Positions 38,174 through 52,500 of a DNA stretch of 64,000 nucleotides are shown in pieces (the first letter of the stretch is position 1; each line of letters starts with the position of its first letter). The notes beneath the pieces are model-generated. The model ran no database searches. It saw only the letters and a program-made list of their open reading frames with translations, and was not told the DNA's origin. Source of the stretch: Eledone cirrhosa (lineage: Eukaryota); NCBI GenBank assembly GCA_964016885.1, contig OZ024743.1:242668001-242732000 (forward strand), in the 5' to 3' direction. Position numbers and translations under genes: made by a program.

Positions 38174-38353
38174 CAGACCTATCAACTCTCCCCGTCTGAC
38201 GGGGAGATCTTCCACCCACTTTGTCCTCTTTTGTGAAAATGGGTATAGCTTTCATTATATAAAATCTCCCCATTTTGCCTCATTTCTCCCCGTTTTGGGG
38301 CACTTTGGTTTTAATGGTACTCCCGTTTGGGTTTTTAGATGTTGGCAGGTCTG
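38174..38353. mobile_element. 180-bp MITE
   Basis: Imperfect TIR CAGACCTATCAAC / GTTGGCAGGTCTG; paralog at ~9957-10237. Confidence 0.75.
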
Positions 38354-38606
38354 TTAATACATCTCTGAGAATTACGTTAAGGGTACACGTGTTTGTAGAA
38401 TACTCAGTCTCTTACACGTTAATTTCATGCGCTGGCTGTCCTGTTGATAAAACATACATCCTTGAAACCCACGGAACTCTATTTCATAATTACTTTTATC
38501 GTTATTTTAGTTGTTTACTCTATACATAGGTGTAGTGTTTAATTGTATGAAATATATTGTTTCAGAAATAATTATGAATAAATTTCATTAATCATTTAAT
38601 GTTCGA

Positions 38607-38786
38607 GGGCGGTGGATTAGCAGTATCGGTAGAGCGTCGGACACCATCCTTTGCAGCATAGAGTTACGGTCCTTTACGTTCTGAATTCAAATCCCATCGG
38701 GGTTAGCTTTGCCTTTCATCCTTACGGGGTCGATAAAATAAAGTACCAGTAATTGCTGGCCTTGTGCCTAAAGTAGAAACAATTAT
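38607..38786 (+). mobile_element. tRNA-derived SINE
   Basis: Same unit as 2058. Confidence 0.9.
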
Positions 38787-39348
38787 TTAATGTTCTTTTT
38801 TACGTTGATAGAACCTTAAAATTCCCTGTACAACAAAGATTAGTGTTTTCCAGTGCATTCAGTACCCCGCATTATTGTTCATAGTCATGCTCTTGGCACT
38901 CTTCGGTTTGTTTGGAGTGGTGTAGGGTGTGTTCTCAGCTTCTTTTTTGTTTTTAATTATGCAAATTACCTTTGGCCCAAAATATACCTAATTCTGTTGT
39001 AAAAAATCTAATTTTGATCAGCAAGTAAATTCATGCTGTACAATACTGACGAGGTCTAATAGACCGAAACATATGTAACATTGTCCTTTGCTTGCAACAA
39101 AGATTCCACTGTTTTCTCCAGCATGTTAAATTATTCTAGAATTTATTCTACATTTTTTTTTCAATTATCTCCCCTTTCTTTGGGAGTCACGTATAATAGC
39201 ATGCAGGTGTTGCTTTTCGCCTCTCAGAGAGAAGTTTCAAAATATTTAGAATGTATCATGTATTTCATTCAGTACAATACCCTTAGGCTTATATATATAT
39301 CATATATATGTGGGGGTGTATTTGTATATGTATATATATATATATATA

Positions 39349-40043
39349 ATCCACCACATCCCAAGGATATTACCCAGCATTCCACCACATCCTCTACGGA
39401 ACTAACTTAAGGACTCACCCACTGACATACTTACAAAAAATTTTTTTTCCCACACGCCTCCTACATCCACAACACGCATAAACACCACACACACACGTGC
39501 GTACCACCACATATTTACACACTCAGCATCCGGAATCATCTCCCCCCCCCACCCCTCTGACCCCTCCCCATCCACACACCGACCTACACCCCACCCCACA
39601 CACACCTCTTCCTGAACATGCAACCCCGTTCTTCCCCCAACTCTTACTTTCACATACACACACACACACACGTACACCTACGCACACACACCACCTTCAG
39701 CCCTCTCCGCTCGGACACCCCGCCTCCCTCTCCCCACTCGACCCGCCACCATCCCTACACGCCCCACCCATTCCACCACCTGTTTTACTTCATATTTATT
39801 TTTATTTTTATTATGCTTTTATATTTAATTTCATTTGTACCGTTTCCTCTCACCCCTTTTTTCTATATGTCTCTCCACCACTCCCCTACACACCCTTGGA
39901 ACTCTCTTACCACACACTTTTCACCTGAAGAAGGGCTTATGCCCGAAACGTCGTTCCCACCACCACCCCACTCTCAAGAGTGTGAAACTAATAAACCTTT
40001 GTTCGTACTGCCTCTCTGTTTTGTTCCCGTTCAATTTTTTACT
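39349..40043 (+). mobile_element. 5'-truncated copy of the 3' UTR of the 30608 PLE family, in (TA)n
   Basis: Colinear with 33872-34490; it retains a 3' terminus that the 30608 copy lacks. Confidence 0.9.
39922..39955 (+). ncRNA. Minimal type-I hammerhead
   Basis: CTGAAGA-A-GGGC-ttat-GCCC-GAAA-CG-TC, identical in core to 34456. Confidence 0.75.
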
Positions 40044-40078
40044 ATATATATATATATATACATACATATATGTATATA

Positions 40079-40161
<83 letters not shown>

Positions 40162-40166
<5 letters not shown>

Positions 40167-41088
40167 TAAAGTGGTCCTTCGTCAGTGATCTTCCAACCAC
40201 CACAGGTATTTCTTCACTTTAAAGACGACCATATACCTCCGGTTGGTGCGAGCAACGGCTAAAAAAAGTCGTTGGGACACGTAAATAAAGGGGACAGCGA
40301 GAGTGTAAACAAACAAAGATGGTGAAGCAACGAAAAATGAGGAAGAACAAAAAGCGAAGTAATACCTGTGATGGTTGGAAGATCACTGATGAAGGACCAC
40401 TTTATTCATATGTAACCCATTTGCAACCACGCACGTTTATTCTCATATTTACACATATGTTTTCCCCCGCTGTGACCCGTCTATTTCGTTCTTACTGCTT
40501 CCTCTTTCTCTGTATCTTTAACCCCTCTAACAGTCACTCTCTCTGTTAGCCTCTTCCTCGCCCTTCACTCACTCACTCACTCTCTGTTACTACCTCCTCT
40601 CCTCCTCCTTCTTCCCGTTTGACCTGTGCGTAATTCTTTTCTTTCGCACGCCTGGCCAGGCTGGTTCGCCTTTTTCCTCTCTCGTCTACGATTTCACAGA
40701 ACTTATGTTCACCGAATTCACAGACTAGATTCCTTCTTCCTCCCGTTAGACCTGTACGGAATTCCTTCCTTGCTCACATTCCAACCAGGTTTGATGGTCT
40801 TTATTGTCTCTCGTTCACGATTTCACCGAACTTATATTCATGGAAATTTGGGAGTTGACTCGTTCTTCCTCACTTTTCGTTGCTTCACCATCTTTGTTTG
40901 TTTAAAATCTCGCTGTCCCCTTTATTTAAGTGTCCCAACGACTTTTTTTAGCCGTTGCTCGCACCAACCGGAGGTATATGGTCTTTAAAGCGAAGGAATA
41001 CCTGTGATGGTTGGAAGATCACTGATGAAGGACCACTTTATTCATATGTAACCCATTTGCAACCACGCAGTACGTTTATTCTCATATT

Positions 41089-41091
<3 letters not shown>
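40162..41091 (+). mobile_element. Non-coding PLE-type element: ~100-bp direct terminal repeats plus an inverted 5' copy
   Basis: 40351-40453 is repeated at 40987-41091, and 40162-40349 is the reverse complement of ~40861-41046. (TA)n lies on both sides. Confidence 0.75.
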
Positions 41092-41148
<57 letters not shown>

Positions 41149-41163
41149 CATACATATATATAT

Positions 41164-41645
<482 letters not shown>

Positions 41646-41656
41646 TATATATATAT

Positions 41657-41771
<115 letters not shown>

Positions 41772-41797
41772 GAAGTGGTTACACAACGGTTAGTTCA

Positions 41798-41847
41798 CCA
41801 TACCGAGAACAATTGTTTCACCTTAGCGGATCCTCAGCTCGTAATGG
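41798..41847 (-). ncRNA. Type-I hammerhead ribozyme
   Basis: Minus strand ccattaCGAG-CTGAGGA-T-CC-gctaa-GG-T-GAAA-CAATTG-TT-CTCGgtatgg. Confidence 0.78.
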
Positions 41848-42510
41848 ACATGGTTATATATATATATAATCTGCCGCCGATTTGACTTCTCTCCCTCTCT
41901 CTCTCCCGGTTACTTACATACATGTGCTGCTTTATCGGTATGTTTTCTGCGTTTTTTTATTTTTCTCTTTTTTTCCCTTCTGTTTAATTTATTTTTTCTC
42001 TCTCCTTTTTCCTTCCCCAATAACTTACAAACGTTATTTACACACTCGAGATAGACATATTGTCTTTAGTGCGTTGAAATGTCCGAGACCCCCAGCAGAC
42101 AACTGAAGAAGGGACTGTTCCTTGTTTGAGCTTTCCTTTCATTTCTAAATACACTTTATCAAGTAACCACACAGCCCCTTGTTCCTTCTAAATATATAAT
42201 TATATATGTGTGTGTGTATGCGTGTGAGAGAGAGTATGTGTCTGTGTGTGTGTATAAATAGACAGCTGGACATAGATATATATGTTGTGCGCGAGTGCAT
42301 GCATTGTGATAGATATTTTGCGTGAGTGTCTGAGACAGAGAGATAGAAACAGGTGGAAAGATAGAGAGATAGAGAGAGGATGAAATAGGGAGAGGGTGAC
42401 AAAGAGACACTATTTCGTCTATACTTATGTACATATGTATGTCTCTGTGTATGTATTATACGTATGTATGTACGTATATATATATATGTGTGTGTGTGTG
42501 TGTATGTATG

Positions 42511-42561
<51 letters not shown>

Positions 42562-42580
42562 ATATATATATATATATGTG

Positions 42581-42612
<32 letters not shown>

Positions 42613-42658
42613 CATATATGTATATATATGTATTTATCTCGGGGATTTTACCCGCCCT

Positions 42659-42842
<184 letters not shown>

Positions 42843-42947
42843 TATATATGTGTGTGTGTGTGTGTGTGTGTAAGTGTATTTAAAATACTTAGGTAAAAGA
42901 GAGGTGAGTTACAACCAAACGATATCTCGTCTTGTGACTGAAATGTC

Positions 42948-43032
<85 letters not shown>

Positions 43033-43144
43033 TTGTAGTTGTGGGAAATGAAGGACTGTTGTGTGTGTGTGAGTGTGTGTAAGAGAATGAAAGTGGAAGT
43101 GGAGTATGTGTGTGTGTAAGGAGAGTGGGTGACCACAGTTTCTG

Positions 43145-43244
43145 TGAGGAGGAGGAGGAGGAGGAGGAAGAGGAGGAGGAGGAGGAGGAGGGGGAGAAGA
43201 AGAAGAAGAAGAAGAAGAAGAAGAAGAAGAAGAAGAAGAAGAAG

Positions 43245-43288
<44 letters not shown>

Positions 43289-43420
43289 CGACGACGACGA
43301 CGACAACAACAGCAACATCAATATACTACTACTTTTAACACTACTATTACTGGTAGTACTACTAATATTACCACTACCACTGCTACTACTACAGTTGCTG
43401 CTACTATAACAACAACAACT
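43145..43420. repeat. Compound trinucleotide tract (GAG)n(AAG)n(AAC)n(GAC)n(TAC)n
   Basis: Direct reading. Confidence 0.95.
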
Positions 43421-43583
43421 ATTTAGTGTAATTATGAATGTGTAATATATAAGACGAATATGTTTTATGTAACATAAGGTGGAGTGAGTGACTTTTGGTG
43501 GAGGGTAAGGGGGAGAGCATGTAAATACTTATTTCTACAATCATATATAAAATGATTGCATATATATATATATATGTATATAT

Positions 43584-44369
43584 ATACAAATTTTAGTACA
43601 GCATTAACGAAGCTTTAGGATGCGGCTAAGCTAACGAATGCAGTTAGCACTCGATGGAGAATAATACCCCAGAGTTATAACAATACGTTTAGACAGCTTT
43701 GCAAATCAAATATAGCGACCAGCAGTCCAGCCGCATTGCCATAGCAACGAAAAAAACTGAACTCAGGGAAAGATTTTGACTGACCTGGACCATCACGTGT
43801 ACATCGAATGCAACATGCAACACATAACGCATATCGTATAGCATACAATATACATCACATATAACATACAACATCCACGCTAGGTTTCTGTAAATCCGAG
43901 ATCGACTAATTCCGTTTGCAGGGGTCTGCAAGTTAATGGCCTTGACAACAGAACAAAGGATTTACTTTACAAGTCTTGCGTTCTATAGCCTCGGCGGGTG
44001 TGTTTTCTAGCAGTAATTTACGCTATAGACACGTGGTTTTCTCAAAGGGAGGTAACCCCCGTTTTGGCGGTGAATTCGAAATTTGGGACAAAGGGATGAA
44101 ATTCCCTTAAACAAACCGAATTAAGCACTCAACCAGAAGTTATCAAACAGACATAAACAATTAATCAATCAATAGAATTGTCTAATTAAATTAATCAGTT
44201 AATCGTTAATTCTAGGAGTTAAAAATACAAATTTTAGTACAGCATTAACGAAGCTTTAGGCTGCGGCTAAGCTAACGAATGCAGATTCGGAATACAGCTT
44301 AGCACTCGATGGAGAATAATACCCCAGAGTTATAACAATACGTTTAGACAGCTTTGCAAATCAAATATA
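43584..44369. mobile_element. Non-coding element with ~130-145-bp direct terminal repeats in (TA)n
   Basis: 43584-43714 matches 44225-44369, the second copy having a 14-bp extra segment. Confidence 0.7.
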
Positions 44370-44741
44370 TATATATATATATATATATGCAATCATGTTA
44401 TATATGATTGTAGAAATAAGTATTTATATATATATGTGTATATATGTACATACATATATATATATATGTACATATACATACATACTTACATACATACATA
44501 TACACATATATAAATATATAATATTATATATATATATAATATTATATATATATGTGTGTGTGTGTGTGTTTCTATATACACACATGCGTGTGTGCGTATG
44601 TCTGTGTATGTGTGGTGAACATATATATACATTACAGAAGCAAATAAATGTAAACATGCAAACAAAAATACATGTATACAAGAATATGCATGTGTGTGCG
44701 CGTAAATACACGCACGCGTGCATACGTACGTACATACATAC

Positions 44742-47700
44742 ATGATGGTTGCAAACTCTGCCAAGTGTATTGCAATCGCTTGTCAAATTCAGATGTGGGA
44801 CGCTCGGATATGGCTTTTCAAGCCTACTAGAGATTTGCACTCCTTCACACACTGACGACAACTATGGATCTCCCTGGCTTGAGGTCCTGCATCAGGTTGC
44901 CCGTGAACCCTCACAACACTGGGGAGATCATAGTTCACTGGTTCTCTTTGAACATGACTGCGACTGTGGCTCCTGAGACCAGATTTGCTCAAGCAAAATT
45001 TTCCACACTCAGGGCACTTCAATTCAATGGAGACACCGATCTCTTCGAGAGATACACCAGGGCATTGCTTACGCACATCCTGTTTGATCTTCTCGTGCTC
45101 TATGCCTCTGTCCTCAAAATTATGGACCCCATGATTCACCATTCCACGCCAAGTTTCTCTTTCAAGAGCTTCTATCTCCCAGTCAGCCATCATCAGACCA
45201 GTTTTTTTTCAATGAGTCCTTTACACAATCCTTGAATCGGAGCTTTGGCTTGTGAGGTGGTCTCTTACCCTCACAAAGTTCGCCATACAAAAGTTGTTTT
45301 GGGATTCGATCATGCTCCATTCTGCAGAGGTGTCCGGTCCATCGCAAACGCCGTTGGTGGATGATACTCGCAATGCTCCGACACTCACTTCTCTCAAGGA
45401 CCTCAACATCACTCACATGCATCTGCCACTTGATACCGAGTATCTGTCTGAGACACTGCTGGTGAAACCATTCCAGTCTGTGGATATGCCGTTTGTAGGC
45501 AACCCATGTCTCACATGCATACAGCAAAACTGACAGTACACGTGCAACATACACTCACACCTTGGTCTTCATTGTGATTCCTCGCCTGCACCAAAGACGG
45601 CCGCTGAGCCTTCCAAATGACTCGCCTTACTAACACGTAGACCAACTTCTGCATCCAGAGAGCAGTTCACACTCAGAGTACTCCCCAAATACACAAATGT
45701 GTCAGCAGCCTTCAGCTTTTGACCGTATACGTGTATGGAGGGTTCATTGAAAACTTTATCCGGAGCAGGTTGGTACATGACGATAGTCTTCTTCAGACTG
45801 ATTGTCAGTCCCAAAGCACTGCACGCATTGGAAAAAGAATCCATAAGGTGTTGCATGTCACTCTGGGAGTGTGCAAAGAGATCACAATCATCTGCATGTA
45901 AAAATTCTCTGATCAAGGTACTCGGTACCTTAGTGTTGGCAGTGAGACGCCTAAGGTTAAACAGCCTGCCGGAAGTGCGATATCTGAGATAGATACCGTG
46001 TTGACAATCCTTGAAGGCCATGAAGAACACCATCGCGAAATACAAGGCAAACAAAGTCGGTGCAGGTATATCACCGTTTGACACCATTTTCAACCGAGAT
46101 TGGCTCAGACAGTTTACCTCCAACATTCACCCATGCCTGCATGTCATCGTGGAAGAGTTTCATAATGTTCACAGACTTTTCAGGATAGCCCAATCTGTCC
46201 AAAATAACCCACAAAGCCTTCCGATTAACGGTGTCAAATGCCTTGGTCAGATCGACAAAAACTTGGTATAAGTCCATGCGCTGCTCAATGAATTTCTCTT
46301 GAAGCTCTTTGGCCGAGAAGATCATGTCAACAGTGCTTCTGCCATTCCTAAAGCCACATTGTGACTCAGGAAGTACCTCAACAGTAATGTGCTGTATCAA
46401 TCTGTCCAACAAAATCCTGCACAAGATCTTCCCAGCCACAGATAGCAGTGAAATACCTCTGTAGTTGCCACAGTCATCTTTGGCTCCCTTTCCTTTGTAA
46501 AGTTCCACCATCAATATATCTTTCCAGTCCTGTGGCACATCTTCTTCATTCCAAACATTCACAAAGAGATCAGTGAGGCGGTTTAAGAAGTTATCACCAG
46601 CACACGTGAAAATCTCGGCACTCAGTCCATCCGCTGTATAAGTTGGCAATGGCCTTCGCCACCTCATCAAATGAAGGAGGATCAGCCATTGCCAGCTTTG
46701 TAGGTTTGGATGGAATCGACCGGATGAACACATCATCAATTTCTGATGGTCTGTTGAGAAGCTCATCAAAGTGGCCATGCCACCTGATCAGGATTTCCTT
46801 CGGATCTCTGAGCAATTCCTTGCGGTCCCCGGAACGAAGTGGTGATATTTGTGAACCTGTCGGACCATACACCTCCCTGAGCAGACTGTATAGGAGCTTT
46901 GTATCATATCTATCTGAGGCCTTCTGGATTTCATCAGCCTTTTGGCTCCACCAGGTATCCTGCATGGCTCTCAATCGATGTTGCACAAGTGCCTTGATCT
47001 GCCTGAAGGTCCGGTCACTCCCGTCAGAACGTGTCTCACACAACAATGATGTCAGCACTTTTTGCTTCTCTTCAAGCAAGGTCTGGATCATTGGATCATT
47101 TTCATCGAACCAGTCTTTATGCTTTCTATTGGTATGACCCAAAACTCCAGCTCTAACATCATAGACGGTTTTCTTCAATGATTCCCAAGTGTTTTCACAT
47201 TCCATGGACTCAGGGGACCTCGACTTTCTCTGTTTTCAGACGAGCCACGTTTAGTTGTTTTGGAAGTGCAACATTCTTCCCCCTTATTTTGGGCTTCACA
47301 ACAAATTAAAACTTGGCGCGCACCAGACGATGATCAGTCCAATATTCCGCGCCTCGCAATACACGAACCAACGTGATATCCCTGATATCACGTTTTCTCG
47401 TTAAAACAAAGTCAATAAGTCTTGGAACCTGGATGCACCCAAGTTGTCTTTCTGCTGAAAGAGCGTGTTCCCAACAACCATATCCATCTCAGTGCACATC
47501 TGCAACAGAAGTAGACCATTGTTATTGCACTTACCTACTCCATGCCATCCCATCACACTCCAAGCTTCCCAGTCATTACCAACACGTGCATTAAAATCAC
47601 CAAGGATGACAATCTTGTCTGCATAAGGTATACCATGGATGACGTCTCTCAAAGACATGTAGAAACTTAGTTTTTCATCATCACTAGCACACATAGTAGC

Positions 47701-48655
47701 AGCGTACACACTGATCAGATTCACAAAGCGGTTTTGAATCAGAGGGACTCTCATGGACATTATCCTATCATTAAATCCACAAGTAAGATTTTCCAACTTT
47801 GAGACGATTCCATTCCTGACTGCAAATGCGACCCCTGCCTCTCTCCTACAACCCTTTTCTCCACCACTCCAATAGAAGGTATATCCTCCCTTCTGTTCTG
47901 TGAATTGACCCTCACGTGCCAATCTCGTTTCTGAAAGAGTAACGATGTCCATGCTATAGTGATTGAGTTCCCTCGACACCAAAGCAGATCTTCTTTCAGG
48001 GCGAGTTTTACTGGACTGGGAATCCAGCAAAGTTCATACATTCCAACATCCAATATTCAGAGGTTTGAACCTCCTTGCAGTTGTAAGATGACGACCGGGC
48101 CCACGCTGCGGTGCCATGGGACACCTGCCGAATCAGACCCCTTCACAATAAGTTCCAGAGCCCTTACTGCCATTGACTTCAAGGTTATTATCTGTTATCA
48201 TAGAGTTTGGTGCACTTTTAGGCTACGGCCAGCCACACGAACCTGTAACAGATCCTGAACAAGCGATACCTGTGCTTTGAAGGTTTTAAGTGGGGAAAAG
48301 CCTTGCACGCGACCAATCCCACTCTCTGAGCATCTAAAACGCTACCCGAAAAGGAGAACTGGTCAACATCATCCGATGCTCCCAAAACCGCATCGGATGT
48401 TGTGACAACAACAGGGGGCCCTTCACGCCCAGGTTTTAAAAAAAAAAAAAAAAAAAGTACTATTTGGATGACCGTTGACTCTGCTGAGTTCCTCCGCCAT
48501 TTGCCGGGTCTTGTATTTCATCCCGCAGGGTGTCCAAATATCACCCTCATCACCAAGCAAGCTTGGTGGGGTTGCCGGTTTAGTCGCCGACGACTCGACC
48601 ATGAGACAGGTAGTACTGGGGTACATGTTACCAGTAACACTCGAGAGCAATCTGA
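44742..48655 (-). mobile_element. Full-length RTE (BovB-like) LINE, decayed: 5' leader, AP endonuclease, RT, two C2H2-like fingers, (TATG)n tail
   Basis: APE motifs LSETRL and ILGDFNARVG; RT motifs NYRGISLLS, PESQCGFR, FVDLTKAFDTV and LHADD; C-terminal CPECGKFCLSKSGLRSHSRSH and CRQCVKECKSLVGLKSHIRASH; multiple frameshifts. Confidence 0.95.
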
Positions 48656-48709
48656 CATAACATACATACATACATTCACACATATATACATACATGCATG
48701 CATACATAC

Positions 48710-49301
48710 ATGGTGGCTGCCAACTCGTTTTCGAGTACGGCCACTACTTTATATCCATGTAGGAGAACCCCTACTGATGCGCTGAACGAGTGTGACTTTT
48801 TAGTCCAGCCAGCGACTTGAAAACTCTGGTACAAACACTACACTTGTGACAATTATTGACACATAGTGCTGGGCCCATGGTACCATGTGACGACAAGTGC
48901 AGAGAGATCTCCAGATATAAAGCAATGCATGTGCCGTGAAGCTTCTATAGTGAGCAAAGGCACTGCACAAAGCCAGTCCCACTCTCTTAACCGAGAACAA
49001 GTCAACATCATTGGATACCATCAGAGTTGCTGGTGTTATATCAGAGTTTTCCTTCTCCTAGCCTAGAATTCTGCTTGTCAAAGGCTAAGGGGTCATCTCT
49101 CCCGGTGATTTTGGATGGCCATTGACTCTTAAGAGCTCCTTTGCCCTTTTACAGGTTTTGTTTTTAGTCCTGCAGGATGTCCAAAGTCACCCTCCTCACC
49201 AAGAAACCTTGGTGGGATTGCCAGTTTAGTCGCCAACGACCCGACCATGAGACAGGTTGTACTGGGATACACGTTACCAGTAGCACCAACGGGTGACCTG
49301 A
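48710..49301 (-). mobile_element. Non-autonomous RTE derivative
   Basis: Near-identical to 13337-13935; (CATA)n on both sides. Confidence 0.88.
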
Positions 49302-49514
49302 CATACATACATACACACATACATTCATACATACATACGTACACACATACGTATATACATACATACATCTATACATACATCTATACATACATCTATACAT
49401 ACATACATACATACATACGTACACACGTACATACACACTTACATACATACATACACACACACACACATACATACATACATATATACATACATACATGCAC
49501 ACATACATACATGC

Positions 49515-52500
49515 AATAGACAGTCAACGCGATCAGTCGCGTATTTTGGCGTGGGAGACTATTTATTAAATTTAAGATGAATACTATCTCCGACAGTAAT
49601 GCCACAACTACAGCCAGGTTGAATAACTGGTTATTCTTCTAACTATCCCTTCTGAAGACACCTTTTATTCGAATTCGTAGAGATATCCGACTAAATACAT
49701 AATTCATTTTACAAGGATTTGCTACAAACAGCATGGCTGAACACAACATCAACATAAAAATTAAGGAAGTATCGAAGACAAATAACAAAGAAGGTAATCA
49801 AACTTTATTCAGTTGTAGCTACAGAAGAAACCGAAATTATAAATCGCATTTCTCTTGGAGTTGCGAACTTAATAATGATTTATTTAATTGTTATAAAATG
49901 GCAAAAAACAATCCCTCCATTGGCTATATGAATAGAATGAAGCTACACTGGGACGAAATGCACCCAGAGCTAAATTATTTCACAGCGAAACAATTACGCC
50001 AACAAGCGACGTTTGTTGAACGTAAAAATAAGATAAATATTATTAATTGTAAGTCCCCCACAACAAACATGGAATCAACAACACGTGCTACAGATCGCTA
50101 TGCTACTAGACTTCCTAGCAGCCAGGTCGAACAGCGCCTTGAAACAACTATGCCTGTAAGAAACTTGACACCACCTGTACCATCTAAGTCTACCTCGAAT
50201 GCTGGAGAAAACACTATCGATAATAATAATAATCGAAGAAATAATAATAATAATCGAATAAATGGGACACCACGTATACCATCCGAGTCTACCTCGACTG
50301 TTGTGGGAAATACTATAGATAATGATAATCAAAAGTATAAACAATTGAAAATTTCCCTCAGGGAAATCTTCCAGAGAGAAATTAACTCATGTATAAATAT
50401 CTCTCTTGTTGAACGTGTTAAAACGACAATGGTGAATAACAAACCAAATAATGAAATACTACGTGTTATTGATGAAATAGGGGATGAATATATAAAAACC
50501 CCAACATTTTGGCAAATCAACGTCTGTTTATATGCCTTAGCAATGACAGTGAAGCATTATCTTGGTGATAGCAGAGATATTAACAAGAACAAAACACCAC
50601 CAAAAATACCATCATATATAACTAAAATAGAAAAAAGAGTGTTGACCTACGAAAAAACATAGGACATGTGACAATGCTCCTTACATGCAAACAAACACAA
50701 AAAAAACCTCACTCCTCACCAACAAAGAGTGAAAAATAAAATAGAGACGATGTTTGGTAACAGTAGAACCAGAACTCTCCAATATAAGCTGATCACCCTC
50801 AAACAAGAATTGAGAGCTGTTAACGAAAAACGCCGATACCTGAAGAAGGTAGATGAGAGAAAAGTGCCTAATAAAAGATTCAGACGAAACCAAACTTCAG
50901 TCTATAGAGATATGAAGGGCAAAATAATAAGTGTCACTGAGGCCCCATCCCAGAAAGACATAGATTCCTTTTGGAGAAAAATATGGGGTGAAAAGAAGAA
51001 TTTCAACCAAGATGCAGTGTGGCTAAGAGAAATCCGAAAGAACTATTGCTCCTACACTTCAACAAAAACATACGAAATAAGTGAGGGTACCCTTGAGACT
51101 GATAGGAAAACTCCAAGATAAGAAAACACCAGGAAGAGACATGATTGTCGGCTACTGGTACAAAAAAATAACATTCTATCGGAGGTATCTTACTGACCTC
51201 TACCAACAATGGTGGACATTAGCACAAACGTTACTGGTCCCCAACAACAAAGACACCCACTTGGCAAAAAAACTACCGACCCATTGCATGCCAGAACCTG
51301 ATGTATAAGATGTATACAGCCTGCCTGAACCTATTCCTCCAAGATCACTGTGAAAATAATATCATCACAGATGAACAAGCAGCTGGAAAGAAAGGGGTTT
51401 GGGGATGTGCTGAACAACTCCTAATCAACAAAACTGCGATGTCGGAGGTGCGACAACTTAGGAGGAATATGACTACAGTCTGGCTGGACTACAGGAAAGC
51501 TTTCGATTCTGTTCCCCACTCTTGGATGATAGAGGCCCTCCAACTTGCTAAAGTCCCAGACATTATTGTCAGAGCCGTAGAGAGGCTGTCTTCTCTTGGG
51601 CTACTATCCTAAGTTTAAAGACAGAGAGGGAGGACTCTATTTTCACTGATAAAATAAAATATTGCAGGGGTATATTTCAGGGGGATAGTCTCTCTGTGAT
51701 ATTGTTCGTCTTGTCATTAAACCCCTTGTCCTTTCTGCTCAAGAAATGTGAGGGATACATCATTGGCTCACAGGAGGACAGAAATACGAACCTAACCCGT
51801 AATTTCTTTGTGGAAGATCTGAAACTCTATGCCAAGAACATGGATGGGATGAAGAAAAATCATGACATGGTTACAACGTTCTCAAAGGATATAGCAATGG
51901 AGTTTGGCCAAGATAAATGCTCATACATGACTGTAAAGCGGGGAAAAACAACAACCCAATCTAGCAACATTGTCATCAATGGTCTAACTGTTTCACCGAT
52001 ATCTGATGAGGACTGCTACAGATACCTGGGGATAGATGAGAACATATCCTATAATGGTATCTGTAATAAAGAACGCGTATCCAGGGAATACTACACCCGA
52101 TTAAGAAAGATCTGGTCATCGGAACTCTCTGCGCAAAACAAAACAGTGGCTCACAATGTGTTTGCTGCGCCTGTCCTAACACCAACGTTTGGAATACTCA
52201 ATTGGACGATAGACGAAATCCGAGCAGTTGATGTTGGAACTCGAAAAATACTGAACAACACCGGAAACTTCCACATCAACAGTGACATAGACCGCCTTTA
52301 CTTGAAACGTAAGCAGGGAGGCAGAGGCCTAACATCAGTCCAGACAACATTTGAATGTCGCATCATATCTCTCTGACAACATCTACGAACCTCGAAGCGT
52401 AGGAGCCCGTTTCTCGAGCAAGTCTATCTGCATGAAACAGATAAGATCATGAGAGTTGGGAAGGAACTCCTTGAGAGATATTCCTGTGTGATAATCAAAA

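Noticed and set aside
42100-42135. Hammerhead at CTGAAGAAGGGAC
   Set aside because: There is no GAAA or stem III after the putative stem II.
48560-48655. HDV-like or pistol ribozyme assignment for the RTE leader
   Set aside because: The helix order and spacing could not be fitted to either consensus in all four copies; kept only as an unclassified structure.
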